A DNA stretch of 32,000 nucleotides. Origin: Nocardioides sp. Root140 (lineage in GTDB: Bacteria > Actinomycetota > Actinomycetes > Propionibacteriales > Nocardioidaceae). Of the stretch, positions 16,671-23,409 are shown piece by piece. The DNA lies in assembly GCF_001426745.1 (NCBI RefSeq), contig NZ_LMFI01000015.1, forward strand, positions 62,835-94,834, read 5' to 3'. Both the position numbers and the translations under genes were made by a program. Position 1 is the first letter of the stretch. Each line of letters begins with the position of its first letter. Under the pieces are notes generated by a model. That model worked only from the letters and a program-made list of their open reading frames with translations. It was not told the origin of the DNA and searched no databases.

Positions 16671-17753
16671 ATGACCACCACTGCTGCACCCACGACCACC
16701 GCGTCGGCACCTCGCCGCGCTGTCGGCGTACGACGCCCGCTCGATGCCGGCGACCTCGCCGCCACCGGACTCCGCGACCGCTGGTACCCGATCTACCCGT
16801 CCCACATGGTCAAGCCCGGCGCGATGGTCAAGGTCACCCGACTCGGTGTCGACTGGCTGCTCTTCCGCGGCGCCCAGGGCAAGCTCTTCATGCTCGAGGA
16901 CAGGTGCCCGCACCGCAGTGCACCGCTCTCGGTCGGCCAGCACCTCGGGGACCGGGTCGCCTGCAAGTACCACGGCGTCCAGGTCGACGGCACCGGCACG
17001 GTCGTCTCCGTGCCCGGCATGCCCGGCTGCGCACTGGAGGGCAAGCAGGCGACGGTGTCTCTGCAGGTCGTCGAGGCCGCCGACACGATCTTCGCGTTCG
17101 TGCCGCTCACCGCCGACTCCGAGCCGACTCCGTTCGTCCTGCCCGACCGGCTCACCGACGACGAGGTGTCGTGGTTCCCCAACTACGCCGAGTGGGCGGG
17201 GCCCTGGCGCTTCTACATGGACAACGTGCTCGACCCGATGCACGGCGCGTTCCTGCACCGCGACTCGCACTCGATGTTCGGTGGTGACACGTCCGCACGC
17301 TTCCGGATCCGTGAGACCGACCGTGGGTTCTTCTTCGAGAAGACCGACCAGGTCGGGGTGAACTTCGACTGGGTCGAATACGTGCGCGGCTCGATGGACT
17401 ACGTCGACCTGGAGATCCCCTACGCGCCGAACGCCGGCCCCGGCGGCGTGTTCGGCATCGTCGGCATGGCCACGCCGATCGACGCCGACAACTCGGCGAT
17501 CTTCCACTGGCGCACCCGTCGGGTGCAGGGCTGGGAGCGCGAGGTCTGGCGCTTCCTCTACCGCACCCAGCTCGAGGCGAAGCACTGGACGGTCCTCGAG
17601 CAGGACCGTGAGGTCCTCGAGGCGCTGGCGAGCGACGCCGACACCGAGGAGCACCTCTACCAGCACGACCTCGGGGTGTCGCGGATCCGGCGGATCTATC
17701 GTGCCGACGCGCGCGCCCAGGCCGCCGTGCTGGCCGGTACGCCGGCACGCTGA
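16671..17753 (+). CDS. Rieske (2Fe-2S) non-heme iron oxygenase, alpha-only (class I, phthalate-family-like) terminal oxygenase
   Basis: 360 aa. Rieske motif CPHRSAPL...CKYHG. Mononuclear iron motif DPMHGAFLH. No beta subunit or ferredoxin gene is nearby. Confidence 0.92.
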   Translation: MTTTAAPTTTASAPRRAVGVRRPLDAGDLAATGLRDRWYPIYPSHMVKPGAMVKVTRLGVDWLLFRGAQGKLFMLEDRCPHRSAPLSVGQHLGDRVACKYHGVQVDGTGTVVSVPGMPGCALEGKQATVSLQVVEAADTIFAFVPLTADSEPTPFVLPDRLTDDEVSWFPNYAEWAGPWRFYMDNVLDPMHGAFLHRDSHSMFGGDTSARFRIRETDRGFFFEKTDQVGVNFDWVEYVRGSMDYVDLEIPYAPNAGPGGVFGIVGMATPIDADNSAIFHWRTRRVQGWEREVWRFLYRTQLEAKHWTVLEQDREVLEALASDADTEEHLYQHDLGVSRIRRIYRADARAQAAVLAGTPAR

Positions 17754-18100
17754 TGTCGTCCGAGACGCTGCTGCTCACCGTGGTCCTGCGACACGACCAG
17801 TCCCAGAACCTCGAGGAGCTGCAGGGCAGGCTGGACGATGCTGGTTGGTGGCACGGCTTCCCGCCGGAGGGCTGCGAGGTCGTCTCGTGGGTGGTGGCGA
17901 TGGGCCTCGGGCAGGTCGTCACGCTCCGGCTCCCGGCGAGTCGCCTGGCCCAGGTGAACGTCGAGCTGGAACGTCGGGCCTGGGGCGTCTTCGAGACCGA
18001 CTTCTATCCGACGTACGACTTCGTGCCGGTGCGTGAGCGGCTGACCCGGGAGTCGGACGCCCGGCTCTCCGACGCGAGCCGCTCCGGCGTGCCGTCGTGA
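17753..18100 (+). CDS. Hypothetical protein, DUF3303-like
   Basis: 115 aa. The ATG shares 1 nt with the Rieske gene stop (TGATG). FPPEGCEVVSWVVAMGLGQVVTL resembles the PEG..SWV core I associate with DUF3303. This assignment is tentative. Confidence 0.6.
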   Translation: MSSETLLLTVVLRHDQSQNLEELQGRLDDAGWWHGFPPEGCEVVSWVVAMGLGQVVTLRLPASRLAQVNVELERRAWGVFETDFYPTYDFVPVRERLTRESDARLSDASRSGVPS

Positions 18101-18504
18101 GCCCCGACGCCGCGGGAGTTCCGGCGCCTCCGCGGCCGGGCATGTTCAGCAACGCCCGCGTGCACGGCGAGCACTTCTTCCTCTCGGGGATGCACGCCGG
18201 GGGTCCGGACGGAATCGTCGGCGGCGCCGACACGCTGCTTCAGGCGCGCGAGGCGTTCCGACGGGTCGTGGTCCTGGCCGAGAGTTGTGGGGCGGCGGTC
18301 GACGACATCCTCGTGCTGCGCGTCTACCTGACCGATATGGGCGAGAAGGCGTTGGTCGGGCGGGCGCGCAGCGAGGTGTTCACCGGCGTGATGCCCACGT
18401 CGACGCTGGTCGAGGTGTCGGCGCTCGTGGAGCCCGGCCTGACCGTCGAGGTCGAGGCGCAGGGGATCATCGGCGCCGGGCCTGAGCGGGTCTTCAGCCG
18501 CTGA
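18097..18504 (+). CDS. RidA/YjgF-family protein (second copy)
   Basis: 135 aa. GTGA overlap with the upstream gene. FFLSGM..., VDDILVLRVYLTDM, STLVEVSALVEPGLTVEVEA are typical of the RidA fold. Confidence 0.8.
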   Translation: MSPDAAGVPAPPRPGMFSNARVHGEHFFLSGMHAGGPDGIVGGADTLLQAREAFRRVVVLAESCGAAVDDILVLRVYLTDMGEKALVGRARSEVFTGVMPTSTLVEVSALVEPGLTVEVEAQGIIGAGPERVFSR

Positions 18505-19243
18505 GCATGGTGGAGAGGTCGGTCGCCTCGTCGGCGACGGCCCGCTCGATCTCGTCGCGCCGGTCGGTGAGCTGCGCGGTGGGCCCCGCGACCGAGAGTG
18601 CTGCCACAGGTCGGCCGTCGTGACCGTTGACCACGGCGGCGCAGGCATCGACGCCCGCTTCGTAGGCCCCTGAGCTCCACGCCGTGCCCTGTGCAGACTC
18701 CTCGGCCAGCAGCGCGGTGAGCGCGTCGTACGACGACGGAGTCTGGTCACTCACCGTGGGCAGCGGCTCCGTCCCGAGCAGGGCGCGGAGGTCGGGCTCG
18801 GTGTGCCCGCCGAGCAGGACCCGGCCCGGTGCCACCCAGTGGGCCGGCACCCTGCTGCCCACGGCGATGTTGCTCACCAGTGGAGTGGCCGGCACGGAGC
18901 GCATCAGGTAGAGGCACTCGTTGCCGTCGAGCACCACGAGGTAGGCGGTCAGCTGGAGGCGGTTGCTCAAGGCCCGCAGGCAACGACGCCCGAGGCTGGT
19001 CAGGTCGACAGACCCGAGGGAGTGCCCGGCGAGCTTGAGGAAGGCCAACCCGATGCGGTGACCGCCGCTCTCCTGCCGCTCCAGCATGCCGGCCGCCTCG
19101 AGGTCCTCCAGCAGCCGCATCGCGGTGACCCGGTTGATGCCGGTGGCGCGAGCGAGCTCGCTGAGGTTGGCCGTGGACCCGCCCTCGGACACGTGACGCA
19201 ACAGCGCGAAGACGCGCTCGGTCGGAGAGTTCGGCTCGGTCAT
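18494..19243 (-). CDS. IclR-family transcriptional regulator
   Basis: 249 aa from ATG (complement 19243). N-terminal wHTH LSELARATGINRVTAMRLLEDLEAAGMLER, followed by a C-terminal IclR effector domain. ATGA overlap with the monooxygenase stop. Confidence 0.9.
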   Translation of the reverse strand: MTEPNSPTERVFALLRHVSEGGSTANLSELARATGINRVTAMRLLEDLEAAGMLERQESGGHRIGLAFLKLAGHSLGSVDLTSLGRRCLRALSNRLQLTAYLVVLDGNECLYLMRSVPATPLVSNIAVGSRVPAHWVAPGRVLLGGHTEPDLRALLGTEPLPTVSDQTPSSYDALTALLAEESAQGTAWSSGAYEAGVDACAAVVNGHDGRPVAALSVAGPTAQLTDRRDEIERAVADEATDLSTMLSG

Positions 19244-20385
19244 GCGAGCGGCACCGTCCACGCGTCGTACTCGTAGACCCAGTCGCCGTTGCCGGCCGCC
19301 TTGAGCCAGTTGTTCTCGCGCGAGCCCACCTGGATCAGCGCGGTGCGCTCGCGGCGGGTCCCCTCGTAGCGCTGCAGTCGCGCAGCCGGGTCGCGCTGGG
19401 CGCCGGGTCGGATGTCGTCGCCGGGCTCGGTCAGGCATCGCGACAGCACGACGGCGTCCTCGATCGCCTGGCCGGCTCCCTGCGCCATGAACGGCATCAT
19501 CGGGTGACAGGCGTCGCCGAGGAGGGTGACGCGTGAGGTGCTCCAGCGGGTCAGTGGGTCGCGCACGTAGAGCGCCGACTTCAGCACGCTGGTGCAGGCG
19601 TCGAGGAGGGTGCGGGCCTCGGGGTGGAAGTCGGCGTACGCCGCCCGCAGCTCGACCACGTCGCCGGGGCAGGTCCACGACTCCTCGCGCCACGAGTCCT
19701 GCGGGGTCGTCGCGAAGATGAAGACGTCCTTGCCCTGGTTGAGCGGGAAGGTGACGATCTGCGTGGCCGCGTCGGGACCCCACCACTTGGTGAAGGCGTC
19801 GAGGTTCTGCACGGTTGCGGAGACTGCTTCGACGGGGACCACCGCGCGGTAGGCGACGACTCCGGTGAACTCGGGGTGCTCCTCGCCGAGGAGCGCGGAG
19901 CGGACGACCGAGTGGATGCCGTCGGCGCCGACCAGCAGGTCGACGGTCTCGGTGCTGCCGTCCTCGAGGTGGGCCACCACCGAGTCGGGTCCTTCCTCGA
20001 TGCGCACCAGCCTCTTGCCCAGCCGCAGCCGGTCGGCGGGGAGCGCCGCGGTCAGAGCGTCGAGCAGGTCGGCGCGGTGCATCGTGAGCTGGGGTGCGCC
20101 GTACCGTTCCTGCGCCGCATCGGACATCGGGAGCCGTGAGGTCTCCTCGCCGGTGTCCCAGGTTCGGCTGATCCGGTGCGTGGGACGGGCCGCCGTCTCG
20201 CGGATCCGGTCACCGACGCCGAGTCCGTCGAGGGCGCGGACGGCGTTGGGGGTCAGGTTGATGTCGGCGCCCACCCGGCCGAGCCCGGGAGCCTGCTCGA
20301 GCACGATGGTCTCGACGCCCTTGAGCTCGAGTGCGATGGCCGCGGCCAGTCCGCCGATCCCGCCACCGATGATTCCGACCCGCAT
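19240..20385 (-). CDS. Class A FAD-dependent aromatic monooxygenase (salicylate hydroxylase / 6-hydroxynicotinate 3-monooxygenase-like)
   Basis: 381 aa. GGGIGGLAAA (GxGxxG), GADGIHSVVR, LLGDACHPMMPFMAQGAGQAIEDA. GGAGA RBS. Confidence 0.9.
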   Translation of the reverse strand: MRVGIIGGGIGGLAAAIALELKGVETIVLEQAPGLGRVGADINLTPNAVRALDGLGVGDRIRETAARPTHRISRTWDTGEETSRLPMSDAAQERYGAPQLTMHRADLLDALTAALPADRLRLGKRLVRIEEGPDSVVAHLEDGSTETVDLLVGADGIHSVVRSALLGEEHPEFTGVVAYRAVVPVEAVSATVQNLDAFTKWWGPDAATQIVTFPLNQGKDVFIFATTPQDSWREESWTCPGDVVELRAAYADFHPEARTLLDACTSVLKSALYVRDPLTRWSTSRVTLLGDACHPMMPFMAQGAGQAIEDAVVLSRCLTEPGDDIRPGAQRDPAARLQRYEGTRRERTALIQVGSRENNWLKAAGNGDWVYEYDAWTVPLA

Positions 20386-20394
20386 GGTGTCTCC

Positions 20395-20410
20395 TGTTCA
20401 GATACGAACA
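20395..20410. promoter_or_regulatory. Palindrome TGTTCAGATACGAACA (candidate IclR-type operator) just upstream of the monooxygenase-iclR operon
   Basis: Perfect 5-bp arms TGTTC/GAACA with a 6-nt spacer, 10 nt from the start codon. An extra half-site CCTGTTCA lies at 20413-20420. Confidence 0.4.
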
Positions 20411-20459
20411 ACCTGTTCAATAACTGACGATATGCCCGCGAAACCGAAATGGCAAGGCT

Positions 20460-20574
20460 GTCGACCCGTCGCCAGTTCACGTCGACCTGTCGTGAGTTCA
20501 CGTCGACCTGTCGCCAGTTCGCGGCCGATCGCACGAACTGGCGACGGGTCGATCCGAACTGGCGACGGGTCGAC
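20460..20574. repeat. Array of five 21-bp repeat units: three direct (20460-20522), a 10-bp spacer, then two inverted (20533-20574)
   Basis: Units: GTCGACCCGTCGCCAGTTCAC / GTCGACCTGTCGTGAGTTCAC / GTCGACCTGTCGCCAGTTCGC / spacer GGCCGATCGC / ACGAACTGGCGACGGGTCGAT / CCGAACTGGCGACGGGTCGAC. Read directly from the sequence. Confidence 0.95.
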
Positions 20575-20577
20575 GGA

Positions 20578-21840
20578 TCAGAGGTCGAGCAGACCGGCCT
20601 CACGCAGGGCGTCGAGCACGTCGTCGAGGGCTTCCTCGATCGTGCGGCCGGTGGTGTCGACGCGTACGTCGGCGTCGGTCGGCTCGTCGTACGGGCTGGA
20701 GATGCCGGTGAACTCCGGGATCACGCCCGCGCGCGCCTTGGCGTAGAGGCCCTTGCGGTCGCGACGTTCGCACTCCTCGAGCGGGGTCGCGACGTGGACC
20801 AGGAAGAACTCGCCGCCGGCCGCGTCGACCATCGCACGGACCTGCTGGCGGGTCTCGTCGAACGGCGCGATCGGCGAGCAGATCGCCACGCCGCCGTGGC
20901 GGGAGATCTCCGCGCCCACCCAGCCGATGCGGCGGATGTTGGTCTCGCGGTCCTCCTTGGAGAAGGTCAGGCCGGCCGACAGGTTGCGGCGTACGACGTC
21001 ACCGTCGAGGGAGGTGACCGTACGACGACCCTGCTCGAGCAGCTTGTCCTGCAGGGCCCGGGCGATGGTCGACTTGCCGCTGCCGGAGAGTCCGGTGAAG
21101 AAGAGCACGAGCCCGCGCTCGTCGGGCGCGGGGCGGTCGAAGTCCACGACGGCCTGGATCTCGGCGGGGTGGTTTCGAGACGGCTCGTTCCTCGCCTCCT
21201 CAACCACCGAGGCAGACGACTCGTTCCCCGCCTCATCTACCAGCGAACTCTCATTCGAGGGCAACGCGAAGACCGGGTCGCCGGCGGCGTAGTGGGCCAC
21301 CACCTGCGTGCCGAGCAGGTGGTCGGCGGACGGGTCGTCGTGCGAAGGGAGTGGTACGGCGACCACGGCCGCGTCCGGCAGCAGTGCCGCCGCAGCGAGC
21401 GTGGCCCGGATGAGTCCGACCGGGCTCAGGTCGTCGGGAGTGCCCGCGCCGACCAGCGCCAGGAAGACGATGCGTCCCGTCGGCAGCGAGTCGAGCTCGG
21501 CCTGCGTCAGTGCGTCGGTGATCGGCACGAACGTGGCGCCGGCGTGCTGCTCGCGCACATCGCCGGGGGAGAGGTAGAGCCGACGGAACGGGCCGTACTG
21601 CGCGTGGGTCAGGTGCGTGACGCTGCCGTCGCGGGTGACCGTGGCCAGCGGCAGGCCTTCGGGGTCGACCAGCTCCACCTCGTCACCGAGGCCCTCTGGG
21701 AGATGCAGCTTGACCGGCGAGCCGGGTTCGTTGAACCCGGTCAGGGGCGAGTAGGCGCCCGTGACCAGGAGCTCGAGGTCGTCCAGCTCGCGCTGGGTCG
21801 GGCAGTGCTGGGCCGGGCTGTTCTGCGGAGTCGTCGACAC
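20578..21840 (-). CDS. cysC: Adenylyl-sulfate (APS) kinase with an N-terminal degenerate ATP-sulfurylase-like domain
   Basis: 420 aa, GTG start. C-terminal P-loop FTGLSGSGKSTIA, LDGD, and an APS-kinase core. The N-terminus ELDDLELLVTGAYSPLTGF is sulfurylase-like. The QTRNP and HxxH catalytic motifs are not recognisable. Confidence 0.88.
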   Translation of the reverse strand: MSTTPQNSPAQHCPTQRELDDLELLVTGAYSPLTGFNEPGSPVKLHLPEGLGDEVELVDPEGLPLATVTRDGSVTHLTHAQYGPFRRLYLSPGDVREQHAGATFVPITDALTQAELDSLPTGRIVFLALVGAGTPDDLSPVGLIRATLAAAALLPDAAVVAVPLPSHDDPSADHLLGTQVVAHYAAGDPVFALPSNESSLVDEAGNESSASVVEEARNEPSRNHPAEIQAVVDFDRPAPDERGLVLFFTGLSGSGKSTIARALQDKLLEQGRRTVTSLDGDVVRRNLSAGLTFSKEDRETNIRRIGWVGAEISRHGGVAICSPIAPFDETRQQVRAMVDAAGGEFFLVHVATPLEECERRDRKGLYAKARAGVIPEFTGISSPYDEPTDADVRVDTTGRTIEEALDDVLDALREAGLLDL

Positions 21841-21894
21841 GGGCGCAATCCTGCCTCATTGCCGCGATGACCTGCTCGGGCGGATACTCGGCGC

Positions 21895-22281
21895 ATGGAC
21901 CTGAGGATCGTCGCGGTCTGCGCACTCCTTGCGCTGGTGCTGCTCGGCGCCGCCCCGGCCGGAACCGCCGTGCCTGTGGCGTCGGGCCACTCCCGGGCGG
22001 CTTTCCCGGGCCCCGAGCGGGTTCTCGCACCTGAGGCGCAGCTGGACCTCGGTGACCCGCAGGCCTGTGTCATCCCCGCGGGCAGCGCCGGGTCGGGGCA
22101 CGCGATCGGTCGTGTCGCTGGCGGATGTGGCGCGATCCTGACGCCCGGACGCGGTGACGCGTCGGCACCCGGGTTCTGTGTGCAGCAGATCGTCCACCAC
22201 GGTGATCGGGTCAGTCGGCCGTGTCGCGCCGTCCGTCCGGGCCAGCGGGGGGAGATCGTGCCCTTGGAGACGGCGCGGTAA
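21895..22281 (+). CDS. Hypothetical small secreted protein (signal-peptide-like N-terminus)
   Basis: 128-aa ORF. MDLRIVAVCALLALVLLGAAPAGTAVPVASG looks like a Sec signal. GC3 is roughly 80% by hand count, lower than neighbouring genes. The RBS is weak. No family was recognised. Confidence 0.4.
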   Translation: MDLRIVAVCALLALVLLGAAPAGTAVPVASGHSRAAFPGPERVLAPEAQLDLGDPQACVIPAGSAGSGHAIGRVAGGCGAILTPGRGDASAPGFCVQQIVHHGDRVSRPCRAVRPGQRGEIVPLETAR

Positions 22282-22314
22282 CAGCGCCGTCGCGTGGGCG
22301 ATAGCGTCGGACTC

Positions 22315-23274
22315 ATGTCTGCACCCGTTGTCGCCGCCGAGATCGTCCGCTCCGGAGTGGTCGAGGGCCACCACTACGGCTCCGTCGTCGCACTCGACAC
22401 CTCCGGCGAGGTGGAGTGGTCGGTCGGCATGGTGGACCAGCCGGTCTTCCCGCGCTCGTGCAACAAGCCGATCCAGGCGCTCGGCATGGTCCGGGCCGGT
22501 CTCGACCTTCCGCCGGACCTGCTCGCGCTGGCCTGCGCCTCCCACTCGGGTGAGCCCTTCCACGTCGACGGCGTACGCCGCATCCTCGCCGGCGCCGGGC
22601 TCGGCGAGTCGGCGCTGCAGACCCCGCCCGACTACCCGCTGGACGACGCCACCAAGGAGGCGCTGATCCGGTCCGGCGGTGAGAAGGCGCCGGTGCTGAT
22701 GAACTGCTCCGGCAAGCACGCCTCGATGCTGGCCACCTGCGTGGTCAACGGCTGGGACACCGCGACGTACCTCGCGGTCGACCACCCGCTGCAGGTCGCG
22801 ATCGCCGAGACGTTCGCCGAGCTGACGGGTGAGGCGGTCGCCCACGTGGCTGTCGACGGGTGCGGGGCCCCGCTGCTCTCGACCTCGTTGATCGGCCTGG
22901 CACGGGCGTTCCGCACACTCGCTCTCGCCACCTCCGGTCCTGAGGCGAGGGTTGCCCAGGCCATGCGCGAGTTCCCGCAGAACGTGTCCGGCTCCACCCG
23001 CGACGAGCTCGCGCTCTTCACGGCCATCCCCGGCGCGATCGGCAAGGCCGGAGCCGAGTCCTGCTACGCCGTGGCGCTGCCCAACGGCCAGGCGTTCGCA
23101 CTGAAGTGCGACGACGGGGCACCGCGGGTCCGGCCGGTGTTGATGGCCGAGGCGCTGCGCCGCTCCGGGGTCGACAAGCTGGACGGCGTCGACGTCGCGG
23201 CGATGAACAGGACCGGTGAGCTTCCGTTGCTCGGTGGCGGGAAGCCCGTCGGAGAGATCCGCGCCTCCTTCTGA
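22315..23274 (+). CDS. Asparaginase (asparaginase II / Rhizobium-type family)
   Basis: 319 aa from ATG 22315; an alternative GTG start lies at 22294. Motifs FPRSCNKPIQA, NCSGKHASMLA, VDGCGAP and GAESCY are characteristic of the Asparaginase_II family. Confidence 0.88.
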   Translation: MSAPVVAAEIVRSGVVEGHHYGSVVALDTSGEVEWSVGMVDQPVFPRSCNKPIQALGMVRAGLDLPPDLLALACASHSGEPFHVDGVRRILAGAGLGESALQTPPDYPLDDATKEALIRSGGEKAPVLMNCSGKHASMLATCVVNGWDTATYLAVDHPLQVAIAETFAELTGEAVAHVAVDGCGAPLLSTSLIGLARAFRTLALATSGPEARVAQAMREFPQNVSGSTRDELALFTAIPGAIGKAGAESCYAVALPNGQAFALKCDDGAPRVRPVLMAEALRRSGVDKLDGVDVAAMNRTGELPLLGGGKPVGEIRASF

Positions 23275-23283
23275 TCGACAGGG

Positions 23284-23301
23284 CGGTAACTGCAGTTAGC
23301 A
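23284..23301. promoter_or_regulatory. Operator-like site 1: CGGTAAC-TGCA-GTTAGCA (contains the perfect 12-bp palindrome TAACTGCAGTTA)
   Basis: Has the same 7-4-7 architecture and the same right arm as site 2. Lies in the asparaginase/XRE intergenic region. Confidence 0.45.
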
Positions 23302-23381
23302 GTGGTTGAAGACGCAATCTCTTTGTCCTGTGCGGGTTCCACGGCAGCTGTGGCCCGTCACACGTCGAGCCGGCTTGCATT

Positions 23382-23399
23382 TGCTAACTTTTGTTAGCA
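23382..23399. promoter_or_regulatory. Operator-like site 2: perfect inverted repeat TGCTAAC-TTTT-GTTAGCA, 10 nt upstream of the XRE regulator start
   Basis: The arms are perfect reverse complements. The site overlaps the presumed promoter (TTGCAT at 23375-23380, TAACTT at 23386-23391). Confidence 0.55.
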
Positions 23400-23409
23400 C
23401 CATGGAGCC

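Noticed and set aside
18494-19786. A 430-aa ORF extending the IclR regulator upstream
   Set aside because: The extension overlaps the 3' part of the flavin monooxygenase gene in a different frame and has no wHTH or other motifs. ATG at 19243 gives a standard 249-aa IclR protein with an ATGA stop/start overlap.
20460-20574. The 21-bp repeat array as a CRISPR array
   Set aside because: The units are contiguous with no spacers, the array includes inverted copies, and no cas genes are present.
20449-21870. A 473-aa plus-strand ORF beginning MARLSTRRQFTSTCREFTSTCRQF... and the minus-strand ORF 20253-20603
   Set aside because: The repetitive peptide is simply the translation of the 21-bp DNA repeat array. 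The rest is antisense to the cysC-like gene (or, for the minus-strand ORF, an off-frame overlap of the monooxygenase 5' end). There is no coding signal.
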